Below, one piece after another: positions 18,059 to 26,770 of a DNA stretch of 64,000 nucleotides. The DNA is from Gammaproteobacteria bacterium (lineage in GTDB: Bacteria > Pseudomonadota > Gammaproteobacteria > JAJPIJ01), in the NCBI GenBank assembly GCA_035501935.1, contig DATJVC010000025.1, positions 8,905-72,904 of the forward strand, given 5' to 3'. The notes under the pieces were generated by a model. The model was not told the origin of the DNA. It saw only the letters and a program-made list of their open reading frames with translations, and searched no databases. The position numbers and the translations under genes are program-made. How positions within the stretch are numbered: the first letter of the stretch is position 1; each line of letters opens with the position of its first letter.

Positions 18059-18559
18059 ATGGTACGTCCCTTTAAATTCCGGCTCTCTCAACTCCCCATG
18101 CTCGACGCCGAGATCGAAAACCTGAGCCAGCGCCGGCAGGCCCTGGAGGCAGAAACCCAAGGCAAGTGGCTCACCGAATTGACGGACACCGAGACCAAAC
18201 TCGCGGACTTGAACCAGGACCTCATCAAGGCCCAGAACCGCTACACCTTGCAACAACTGGCCGCCCCCGTAGCCGGCACCGTCCAGCAACTGGCCCTCCA
18301 CACGATCGGTGGCGTAGTCACCCCTGCCCAGGAACTCATGCGCATCGTTCCTGAAGAGGACAGTATCCAAATCGAGGCCTGGGTCGAGAACAAGGACATC
18401 GGCTTTGTCCATGACGGCCAGAACACTGAAATCAAGGTAGAGACCTTCCCGTATACCAAATATGGCACCCTCACCGGCCGGCTCATCAAAGTATCCACTG
18501 ATGCCATCACCGAAATGAAGGAACTTCAGGTCGATAAGGATCACCGAAATGAAAAATAA
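18059..18559 (+). pseudogene. hlyD: hlyD remnant: the central/C-terminal ~165 aa of a type I secretion membrane-fusion protein. It lacks about 300 N-terminal and about 60 C-terminal residues.
   Basis: Aligns to E. coli HlyD residues ~300-440 (APVAGTVQQLALHTIGGVVTPAQELM...NKDIGF...KVETFPYTKYG). No TM/N-domain upstream, since the cytochrome terminator abuts it. The ORF ends at a 14-bp duplicated junction. Confidence 0.6.
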
Positions 18560-19382
18560 TTTATCTCGGGTTCCGTTGCTTGCTTTCGTTTCCCCCCTTT
18601 TAGTTTCTATGGCGGTTTACGCAGATGATTATTTACTTGATCCAGCGCCTGTGTATTACCAAGGCACGGCGCATGTTGAGACTCCATACGAAAAGCCGAC
18701 CGACTCCGGTGTTTGTGAGCTTTATCTGGAGAATCTGCGATATTTCGCAAAACAAAATATACCCATGTCCTGCGATAGACCTATAGCGCCACATTTGAAG
18801 AAGAAAATCCATGATGTAGCGTGGGAGAACCTGGATCCAGCACGGTATCCAGATCTGTTTAATGCAGTAGTTGCCGCTACTTTCCCGCCTTCAGGCGGGG
18901 GCGTGAAGCGCTGGAGTGAGGAAGTAAAAAAAGGTGTTGCTGTATTCCGGCGAGCCAAATTGCAACTGAAAGGGTATCCAACTTTTATGGGCACTTCCGG
19001 TGTAGGTACATCGCCGCCTCCACGCCCGATCGCATTTAATATTGTGCAATTTGGCATCAACCATAATGATCCAAACAGCCCTGATCCAGTATGGCGCTGC
19101 TATCCAATTCGTGGAAAGAAAGAAGGGCACGAACCAACTGACCTTCGTTTCTTTATTGTTACTGAAGATCTGACGAAAATGTACGATCAACTACGCGACA
19201 TTAATACAGGCCACACGGGAGACTATATAAAAATTATCAACACTCATCCTTATGTTGAAAGTTCATATACTGACACAGCAAATATACAAGAAATACAGTT
19301 ATCCGAAATCCAGACTAAATTCCCAGTTCATCTCGAGCCGGTTTGCCTTTACCGCTTCGATTTCATAGACAAAGGGCGGTAA
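18549..19382 (+). CDS. Orphan secreted hypothetical protein encoded on low-GC (~45%) inserted DNA
   Basis: Sec signal peptide MKNNLSRVPLLAFVSPLLVSMAVYA. No recognisable domain. Sharp GC drop relative to the flanks. Confidence 0.55.
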   Translation: MKNNLSRVPLLAFVSPLLVSMAVYADDYLLDPAPVYYQGTAHVETPYEKPTDSGVCELYLENLRYFAKQNIPMSCDRPIAPHLKKKIHDVAWENLDPARYPDLFNAVVAATFPPSGGGVKRWSEEVKKGVAVFRRAKLQLKGYPTFMGTSGVGTSPPPRPIAFNIVQFGINHNDPNSPDPVWRCYPIRGKKEGHEPTDLRFFIVTEDLTKMYDQLRDINTGHTGDYIKIINTHPYVESSYTDTANIQEIQLSEIQTKFPVHLEPVCLYRFDFIDKGR

Positions 19383-19538
19383 CATTAAGGGACGTACCAC
19401 CATTGTTTTCGAGGATTGAGGCATTAAAGATGTTGGGTTTGCTTCGTTTATGTGAGGGGAACATTAAGGGACGTACCACTATTGTTTTCGAGGATTGAGG
19501 CATTAAAGATGCTGGGTTTGCTTCGTTTATGTGAGCGA
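19381..19538 (+). repeat. Two tandem copies of a 79-bp unit with 3-4 mismatches. Each encodes the mini-ORF MLGLLRLCE... behind a GAGG SD.
   Basis: aacattaagggacgtaccac[c/t]attgttttcgaggattgaggcattaaagatg[t/c]tgggtttgcttcgtttatgtgag repeated at 19381 and 19460. A hairpin GCTTCGTT...AACGAAGC forms at the 3-prime end of copy 2. Confidence 0.8.
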
Positions 19539-19557
19539 ACGAAGCTGCGCCCCCATT

Positions 19558-20622
19558 ATGAGCGCAACCTCTAATTCCACGCCGGCGCGAATGGGCTACC
19601 GCCTGCCGGCGGAATGGGAGCCGCATCAAGCAGTGTGGTTCTCCTGGCCGCACAATCGCGAGTCATGGCCCGGCAAGTTCGAGACCGTCGAGCCGGTGAT
19701 GACTCAGGCGGTGGCGGCGATCCAGCAGAGCGAGACCGTGCGCATCAACGTGCTCGACGCCGCGCATGAAGCTCATGTGCGTGGTGTACTGGCAGCACAT
19801 CGTGTCAGCACGAACAACCTCCTCTTCCACCACTTCCCCACCAATGACGCCTGGTGCCGGGATCATGGCGCAATTTTCGTCGTGCGCGAGCAGGCCGGAC
19901 GCCGCGAACTGGCGGCAACGCACTGGGACTACAACGCCTGGGGAGATAAATATCCACCCTTCGATCGCGATCAGGAGATTCCACGACGTATGGCCGAGGC
20001 GCTGGCTGTGCCCCGGTTTGAGGGCGGCATGGTGCTGGAAGGCGGCTCCATCGAAACCAACGGCGCCGGTACCCTGCTGACGACCGAACAATGCCTGCTC
20101 AACTCCAACCGCAATCCGGGGATGAGCCGCGCGGAGATAGAGCAGCGGCTGCGCGATTTTCTGGGCGTGCAGACCATTCTCTGGCTGGGCGAAGGCATCG
20201 TCGGCGACGACACCGATGGCCATATCGACGATCTCACCCGCTTCGTGGCGGAAGATACTGTGGTCACGGTCGTCGAAGATGACCCGACGGACGCCAATTA
20301 CGCCGTATTGCAGGACAATCTGCGGCGTCTAAAGACCATGCGACTGCCAGGTGGACGCTCGCTAAACATCATCAATCTCCCGATGCCGGAACCGGTGATT
20401 TACGACGGCCAGCGCCTGCCGGCGAGCTACGCCAATTTCTACACCGGCAACACCGTGGTGCTGACGCCGGTGTTCAACTGCGCGCAGGATGCGCGGGCGC
20501 TGTCTATACTTGAACAATGCTTCCCCGGGCGGCGCGTCGTGGGTATTGATTGCACCGATTTGGTGTGGGGGTTGGGGGCTTTCCATTGCCTGACCCAACA
20601 AGTCCCCGCCACAGGCCGCTGA
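19558..20622 (+). CDS. aguA: Agmatine deiminase
   Basis: RLPAEWEPH...WFSWPH N-terminus and porphyromonas-type peptidyl-arginine deiminase fold motifs. Start ambiguous among 19531, 19558 and 19591. Confidence 0.8.
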   Translation: MSATSNSTPARMGYRLPAEWEPHQAVWFSWPHNRESWPGKFETVEPVMTQAVAAIQQSETVRINVLDAAHEAHVRGVLAAHRVSTNNLLFHHFPTNDAWCRDHGAIFVVREQAGRRELAATHWDYNAWGDKYPPFDRDQEIPRRMAEALAVPRFEGGMVLEGGSIETNGAGTLLTTEQCLLNSNRNPGMSRAEIEQRLRDFLGVQTILWLGEGIVGDDTDGHIDDLTRFVAEDTVVTVVEDDPTDANYAVLQDNLRRLKTMRLPGGRSLNIINLPMPEPVIYDGQRLPASYANFYTGNTVVLTPVFNCAQDARALSILEQCFPGRRVVGIDCTDLVWGLGAFHCLTQQVPATGR

Positions 20623-20881
20623 AAATCTATTACGGAGCCCGTCTGCGTTGTTGCTGCTCGCTCGAAAGCTCGCCGTACTGCCTTTGTACTCTCCCGCTTT
20701 CTCGCTCTCGGCGCCTGGCAGCCGTGCTTCCTCATGACGATTTACATCTGCCTGTTAACGAATCTCAACTGCTCGGCATCAGATTCACACAAAAAACACT
20801 TGCTGTTGACGGCTATTTACCCTACATTTCGCGCAAAATTTCCTCATCACACAAAAAATATGGCCAACCACAGGAACGGGA

Positions 20882-21877
20882 ATGAAAAATACGGCAGCGG
20901 TCGCTGAATTCATCCGCCATCACTACCGTCATTTCAACGCCGCCGCCCTGATCGACGCCGCCAACGGCTACATCGACCTGCTTGAAGACAACGGCAAGAT
21001 GTTCATGACCCTGGCCGGCGCCATGAGCACCGCTGAACTTGGCTTGTCGCTGGCGGAGATGATCCGGCAGGACAAAGTCCATGCCATAACCTGCACGGGC
21101 GCCAACCTTGAGGAGGACCTCTTCAACCTCGTGGCGCACGATCACTACGTCCGCCTCCCCCGATACCGCGATCTCACTCCCGAAGACGAGGAGAAGCTGC
21201 TGCAGCGCCATTTAAACCGGGTCACGGATACCTGCATCCCCGAGGATGAAGCCATCCGGCGCCTTGAAAAGGCCGTTTTAAAGGAGTGGACTGCCGCCGA
21301 CAAAAAAGGCGGAAGTTACTTTCCCCACGAATTCCTGTACCGCGTCATCAAAAGCGGCGCATTGGAAAAGCATTATCAAATCGACCCCCACGACAGCTGG
21401 CTGGTGGCCGCCTGCGAGGCCGATCTGCCGCTATTCGTCCCTGGCTGGGAAGACTCCACGCTCGGCAACATCTACGCCAGCCACTGCGTCAGCGGCACCA
21501 TCAAAAATGTTCACACGGTGCGGTCCGGCATCGAATACATGGTGTCGCTGGCACGGTGGTATCAGGCGACCTGTCGCGAGCATCCCATCGGCTTCTTCCA
21601 GATCGGCGGCGGCATCGCCGGCGACTTCCCGATTTGCGTAGTCCCGATGCTGGAGCAGGATTTGCAGATCCGGGACATCCCGCGCTGGAGCTACTTCTGC
21701 CAGATCAGCGACTCGACCACCAGTTACGGCTCCTATTCCGGCGCCGTGCCAAATGAGAAGATCACCTGGGGTAAATTGTCGGTGAAAACGCCCAAATACA
21801 TCATCGAGTCGGACGCCACCATTGTGGCTCCGCTCATTTTTGCCTGCGTGCTGTCTCCCCCGGGCCGGAAGATTTAA
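20882..21877 (+). CDS. Deoxyhypusine synthase-like protein, a probable homospermidine synthase-type polyamine enzyme
   Basis: DHS-family NAD-binding motifs (TCTGANLEEDL, GGGIAGDF). Stop overlaps the speA start (TAATG). Confidence 0.7.
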   Translation: MKNTAAVAEFIRHHYRHFNAAALIDAANGYIDLLEDNGKMFMTLAGAMSTAELGLSLAEMIRQDKVHAITCTGANLEEDLFNLVAHDHYVRLPRYRDLTPEDEEKLLQRHLNRVTDTCIPEDEAIRRLEKAVLKEWTAADKKGGSYFPHEFLYRVIKSGALEKHYQIDPHDSWLVAACEADLPLFVPGWEDSTLGNIYASHCVSGTIKNVHTVRSGIEYMVSLARWYQATCREHPIGFFQIGGGIAGDFPICVVPMLEQDLQIRDIPRWSYFCQISDSTTSYGSYSGAVPNEKITWGKLSVKTPKYIIESDATIVAPLIFACVLSPPGRKI

Positions 21878-23907
21878 TGAGCACGCCGCAACCCCTGCCC
21901 TCGCCAGCGGCTGCCGAATCGCCGGGCTGGACCGCCCAGGACGCGGAGGATTTGTACCGCATGCGCCAATGGGGCGACGGTTTCTTCTTCGTCAATGAGC
22001 GCGGGCACGTGGCCGTGCACCCGCTGAGCGATCAGGAGCTGAGCATAGACATCGCCGACGTGGTGCAGGACCTGCGCAACCGCAAGGTGAAGTTTCCAAT
22101 CCTGCTGCGATTCCAGGACGTGCTGCAGGCGCGCGTCGTGCGTCTCAACACCGCCTTTCGCGAAGCCATCGAGGGGGCGGGCTACCAGAACCATTATCAA
22201 GGCGTCTATCCCATCAAGGTCAACCAGCTGCACGAAGTGGTCGAAGAAGTCGTGGAGGCCGGCAAGCCGTTCAAGATGGGTTTGGAATGCGGCTCCAAGG
22301 CGGAACTCATCGCTGCGCTGCCGCACATGATGGACGACGAGGCGCTGTTGATCTGCAACGGCTACAAGGACGCCGTCATGCTGCGTTTGATTCTGGCCGC
22401 ACAGCAGATCGGCAAGAACGTCATTCCGGTCATGGAGAAATACGGCGAATTCGAGCACTTGCTGCGGCTGGCCCGCGATCTGAATGTCACGCCGCGTTTC
22501 GGCGTGCGCGTGCGCCTGGGCACCAGCGGCGCCGGCAAATGGGCGGAGTCCGGCGGGGATCAGTCCAAATTCGGCATCTCCATACCGGAGCTGGTCAATC
22601 TCGTCAGCCATCTCAAGGCGGATGGACTGAACGAGTCGCTGGTGCTGCTGCATTTCCACCTCGGCAGCCAGATCGCCGACGTGCAAATCCTGAAAAAGGC
22701 AGTCAAGGAAATCGCGCAAATATACGTGCAACTGCTGAAACGCGGCATGCCGCTGAAATACGTCGACGTCGGCGGCGGCCTGGGCGTCAACTACGAGGCG
22801 GGCTACGGCGGCGAGGAAAACAGCATCAATTACAGTCTGCGCGAATACGCCAACGCCGTGGTGTATTCGATGAAGGAGGTCTGCGACGAGGAGCAGAGCC
22901 CGCATCCGATCCTGATCTCGGAGAGCGGACGCGCCATCACCGCGCATCATTCCGTGTTGATCGTCGAGGCCCTGGGCGCCTACCGCAAGGACACGGTGGA
23001 GGACAACTTCATGCCGGCGCCGGAACACAACATCGTGGTCCGGCAATTGTTTGACACCCTCGCCCGCGTGCGCCAGCTCGCCGCCAACAAGCGCCGCAAG
23101 AATCCGCCGCTGGCCGAGTTGATGGAGAACTATCACGACGCCGTCGAGAAACGCCAGGAGGCCGACACTCTTTTCAACCTCGGCTATCTGCCCATGGAGG
23201 AGAAGGCGGTTGCCGAACGGCTGTACTGGACCATCTGCCGGGATATCGACAGGCAGGTCAAGAAGGCGCCCAAACCGGAATTGGTGCCGGTCGAGCTGCG
23301 CGCACTGGATGATCACTTGGTCGATCAATTTCTGTGCGATTTTTCCGTGTTCCAATCCATCCTTGACCACTGGGCCATCGGCCAGCGTTTTCCCATCCTT
23401 CCCATCCGTGGCCTCGACTGCCGCCCCACCCGTCGCGCCGTGCTGGTCGACCTGACCTGCGATTCGGACGGCAAGGTTTCACATTACGTCTCCTCGAATA
23501 CGGACAAGGACTTTCTGGAACTGCACGACTTTAAAAATGACGACCCTTACGACCTGGGCTTCTTTTTGATGGGCGCCTACCAGGACATCATGGGTGACGC
23601 GCACAACCTGTTCGGCCGCGTCTCCGAGGCGCACATTTATGCCGATGCCGCCGAGCCGGGTGGCTATTACATCGAAAAGATCATCCCCGGCACCTCCGTG
23701 CAGGAAATGCTGGCGCTGGTGCAGTATTTCCCCAACGACCTGCAGCGGCGCATGAACGACCTTATCAAGCAAAAAATAGACGAGGGTCGCATCCGTCCCA
23801 AGGCCGGCGTGGATTTGCTGGATCAATACATGCAGTGTTTCGCGCAAAGCACCTACTACGAACCCGCCACCCGGGAAACCCCGCCGAACAACGGCAATTC
23901 CGCATGA
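21877..23907 (+). CDS. speA: Biosynthetic arginine decarboxylase
   Basis: Full-length match to SpeA with the PLP-binding region and an N-terminal extension, 676 aa. Confidence 0.9.
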   Translation: MSTPQPLPSPAAAESPGWTAQDAEDLYRMRQWGDGFFFVNERGHVAVHPLSDQELSIDIADVVQDLRNRKVKFPILLRFQDVLQARVVRLNTAFREAIEGAGYQNHYQGVYPIKVNQLHEVVEEVVEAGKPFKMGLECGSKAELIAALPHMMDDEALLICNGYKDAVMLRLILAAQQIGKNVIPVMEKYGEFEHLLRLARDLNVTPRFGVRVRLGTSGAGKWAESGGDQSKFGISIPELVNLVSHLKADGLNESLVLLHFHLGSQIADVQILKKAVKEIAQIYVQLLKRGMPLKYVDVGGGLGVNYEAGYGGEENSINYSLREYANAVVYSMKEVCDEEQSPHPILISESGRAITAHHSVLIVEALGAYRKDTVEDNFMPAPEHNIVVRQLFDTLARVRQLAANKRRKNPPLAELMENYHDAVEKRQEADTLFNLGYLPMEEKAVAERLYWTICRDIDRQVKKAPKPELVPVELRALDDHLVDQFLCDFSVFQSILDHWAIGQRFPILPIRGLDCRPTRRAVLVDLTCDSDGKVSHYVSSNTDKDFLELHDFKNDDPYDLGFFLMGAYQDIMGDAHNLFGRVSEAHIYADAAEPGGYYIEKIIPGTSVQEMLALVQYFPNDLQRRMNDLIKQKIDEGRIRPKAGVDLLDQYMQCFAQSTYYEPATRETPPNNGNSA

Positions 23908-24797
23908 CCGCGTCGCGCAGCGTTCGCGTGGGTCTGGTGCAGATGGCCTGCGACCCCGACCCGGCAGGCAATCTGGACAAAGCGCTGCGCCTCGCCCGGC
24001 AGGCGGCGACAAAAGGCGCGCAGATTGTCTGCCTGCCGGAGATGTATCGCTCGCGCTACTTCTGCCAGATCGAAGACCACGCTCATTTTGAACTGGCCGA
24101 GCCCGTGCCCGGCCCTTCCAGCGATGCCTTCGGCAGGCTGGCGGCGGAGCTCGACCTCGCGATCATCGTGCCGATCTTCGAGAAGCGCGCGGCCGGTCTT
24201 TATCATAATTCCGCGCTGGTGATCGACGGCGGGCGCGGTGAGATCGGCATGTATCGCAAGATGCACATCCCCGACGATCCGCGCTTCTACGAGAAATTCT
24301 ATTTCACGCCGGGTGATCTCGGCTTCAAAAAATTTCCCACCCGCCATGCCGATGTCGGCGTGCTGATCTGCTGGGATCAATGGTATCCGGAGGCGGCGCG
24401 GCTGACCGCGCTGCAGGGCGCGCAAATCCTGTTCTACCCGACCGCCATCGGCTGGCAGCCCGCGGAAAAGGCCGAGTACGGCCGGGCCCAGCATGACAGC
24501 TGGGAAGTCATCCAGCGCGCGCATGCCATTGCCAACGGTTGCTTTGTGGCAGCCGTCAACCGCATCGGCTTTGAACCCGATCCCGCGCACGCCGGCCAGG
24601 GCATCGAGTTTTGGGGCCAAAGTTTCATCGCGGCCCCGGACGGTTCGATATTGACGCGCGCGCCCGCCGACAAAGAAGCGGTCATCGTCCAGTCGCTGGA
24701 TCTGACGCGGCTGGACTTCTCCCGCACGCACTGGCCGTTCCTGCGCGATCGCCGCATCGACGCCTATGGCGGTCTCACCCGGAGATTTTTGGATTAG
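23904..24797 (+). CDS. aguB: N-carbamoylputrescine amidase (nitrilase superfamily)
   Basis: Glu-Lys-Cys triad context (LPEM..., ICWDQWYPE). ATGA overlap with the speA stop. Confidence 0.85.
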   Translation: MTASRSVRVGLVQMACDPDPAGNLDKALRLARQAATKGAQIVCLPEMYRSRYFCQIEDHAHFELAEPVPGPSSDAFGRLAAELDLAIIVPIFEKRAAGLYHNSALVIDGGRGEIGMYRKMHIPDDPRFYEKFYFTPGDLGFKKFPTRHADVGVLICWDQWYPEAARLTALQGAQILFYPTAIGWQPAEKAEYGRAQHDSWEVIQRAHAIANGCFVAAVNRIGFEPDPAHAGQGIEFWGQSFIAAPDGSILTRAPADKEAVIVQSLDLTRLDFSRTHWPFLRDRRIDAYGGLTRRFLD

Positions 24798-26697
24798 CGA
24801 AGAACGCCTGCACATCACTCAATTCATGGGTAAGCGGCATCGGCGGCAGGGCGGCCATGAACTTTTTGCCGTAGGATTTTTCCGTAAGCCTGGGGTCGCA
24901 CAGCACCACCACGCCCCAATCCCTGACGTCGCGGATGAGACGCCCGACGCCCTGTTTGAGCGCGATCACCGCCTCCGGGATTTGATATTCCACGAATGGG
25001 TTGCCGCCGCGCTCTTCCATGGCGCGCATACGCGCCCGCATGACCGGATCGTCCAGTGCGGCGAACGGCAATTTATCGATGACCACGCAGGACAGCGCAT
25101 CGCCGCGCACATCGACCCCCTCCCAGAAACTGCTGGTACCCAGCAACACGGCGCGTTCGGCGTGGCGGAATTGCTCCAGCAATTGCGCGCGCGGCGCCTG
25201 CCCCTGCACCCATAATGAAAAACCCGCGTCTTTCCCCCTTAATAATTCGCTGGCCGTATTCAGCGCCCGATGACTTGTAAACAGCAGAAACGCCCGTCCG
25301 CCGCTCGCCTGCAATACCGGCATCGCCGTCTCCACGACGGCCCGGGTGTAATTCGCGCTGCGGGGATCGACCTCGATAGAAGGCAGATAGATCAGGCCCT
25401 GATGCGCGTAATCGAAAGGGCTGTCGAAACGCCGCTCCTCGGCCCCTGCAAGTCCCAACTGACGGGTGAAATAGCTGAAATCCTCGCCGACCGCCAGCGT
25501 CGCCGACGTATAGATACGCGCGCCACGGTGCCGGCTCATGCGTTCGTTGAATAATTCCGCCACCTCCAGCGGCGTCTGATAGAGCACGAAGCCGCGCCGA
25601 TGTGTCTCGTACCAGCGAATTATTCCGGGGGCCTCTTGTGTGGCGTATGTTTCGAGCTGCTCCCGTAGCGCGCCCGCACGGCGATGGCAATTGGCGAGCG
25701 AAGGACCACGCTCCGCGACACGGGCGAGCCCTTCGACCAGTCCGAGCAATGCCGCCTGCAACTGCTGCAAGGCCCCTGTCACCGCCGGCTTGAGGGTTTG
25801 CTCCTGCCAGTAACCGCGCTCCCTGCCATCCATTGCCAGCCGCAGATCGCGCACCGCCCTCTCCAGATGAGAGGCGATATCGCGCAACGCCGGGGTATCC
25901 GCGGCTTCGCCGATCTGCGACCGCAACGTATCCCTGCCCAGTTCGCTCAATTGCCGGCTGCTGAAGACGGTGCCAAAAAATTGAGATGCAATTTCCGGGA
26001 GCTGATGCGCCTCATCGAAAATGACCGCCTCGGCCCCTGGCAATACCTCGCCAAAGCCTTGTTCCCTCAATGCCAGATCGGCCAGAAACAGGTGGTGGTT
26101 GACCACCACCACTTCCGCCGCCTGCGCCTCGCGCCGCGCCTTGACGACGTGGCAATCTTCATAGAGCGGACACTCCTGGCGCAGACAATTCTCCACAGTG
26201 GAGGTCACCAGCGGCCAGATGGCCGCGTCTTCCGGCACCTCGGCCAATTCTGCAATGTCACCGCTCTCCGTGCGCCCGGCCCATGTCTGGATCGTTTGCA
26301 ATTCCGCCTGCCGCCCGGTGGTTCCCACGCCGGCGGCGATTACCTGGTGCAGACGGTGCAGGCAGAGATAGTTTGCGCGCCCCTTGAGCAGGGCCGCCTG
26401 TACTGGGGCGCACAGCGCCTCTCTCACCACGGGCAGATCTCGATGGAACAGCTGATCCTGAAGATTCTTCGTGCCGGTGGAAATGATGATCCGCTTGCCG
26501 GATAAAAGCGCGGGCACGAGATAAGCGAAGGTCTTGCCGGTGCCCGTACCCGCCTCGCAGACCAGCGTACCGGCATCGGCGATGGCCGCCGCCACTTCCT
26601 CCGCCAACTGCTGCTGCACCGGACGCGGGTGGAATCCGGGCAACAAACGTGCGAACGGCCCTTGTGGACCCAGCAGGCTGGCGGGAGAGTCTTGCAC
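24775..26697 (-). CDS. dinG: ATP-dependent DNA helicase, DinG/YoaA family
   Basis: DEAH-box Rad3-like helicase motifs (GTGTGKTFAYLVP, DEAH, VLLGTSSFWEGVD) and FeS-cluster cysteines. Confidence 0.8.
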   Translation of the reverse strand: MQDSPASLLGPQGPFARLLPGFHPRPVQQQLAEEVAAAIADAGTLVCEAGTGTGKTFAYLVPALLSGKRIIISTGTKNLQDQLFHRDLPVVREALCAPVQAALLKGRANYLCLHRLHQVIAAGVGTTGRQAELQTIQTWAGRTESGDIAELAEVPEDAAIWPLVTSTVENCLRQECPLYEDCHVVKARREAQAAEVVVVNHHLFLADLALREQGFGEVLPGAEAVIFDEAHQLPEIASQFFGTVFSSRQLSELGRDTLRSQIGEAADTPALRDIASHLERAVRDLRLAMDGRERGYWQEQTLKPAVTGALQQLQAALLGLVEGLARVAERGPSLANCHRRAGALREQLETYATQEAPGIIRWYETHRRGFVLYQTPLEVAELFNERMSRHRGARIYTSATLAVGEDFSYFTRQLGLAGAEERRFDSPFDYAHQGLIYLPSIEVDPRSANYTRAVVETAMPVLQASGGRAFLLFTSHRALNTASELLRGKDAGFSLWVQGQAPRAQLLEQFRHAERAVLLGTSSFWEGVDVRGDALSCVVIDKLPFAALDDPVMRARMRAMEERGGNPFVEYQIPEAVIALKQGVGRLIRDVRDWGVVVLCDPRLTEKSYGKKFMAALPPMPLTHELSDVQAFFANPKISG

Positions 26698-26770
26698 GCT
26701 AAATAGCTTTAATGATGATCATTAACTGATTAATTTATGAATATATTTATATTCTAATTTAGAAACAATC

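Noticed and set aside
19381-19538. CRISPR array
   Set aside because: Only two 79-bp direct copies with no intervening spacers and no cas genes. This is a tandem duplication, not a CRISPR array.
20623-20881. Sigma-70 promoter call from TTGACG at ~20797
   Set aside because: No -10 hexamer lies at a valid 16-19 nt spacing. It is left as an unassigned regulatory gap (see finding).
21874-23370. 498-aa antisense ORF opposite speA, and similar ones opposite aguB (23856-24818), dinG (25684-26505), ftsK (53237-54115), Sel1 (15311-16309) and pntA (44011-44703, 43509-44705)
   Set aside because: Same GC-driven artefact. Each of the sense-strand genes has unambiguous homology.
26698-26770. LexA/SOS box upstream of dinG
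   Set aside because: No CTGT-N8-ACAG match is present. Only the unrelated TTAATGATGATCATTAA palindrome was found.
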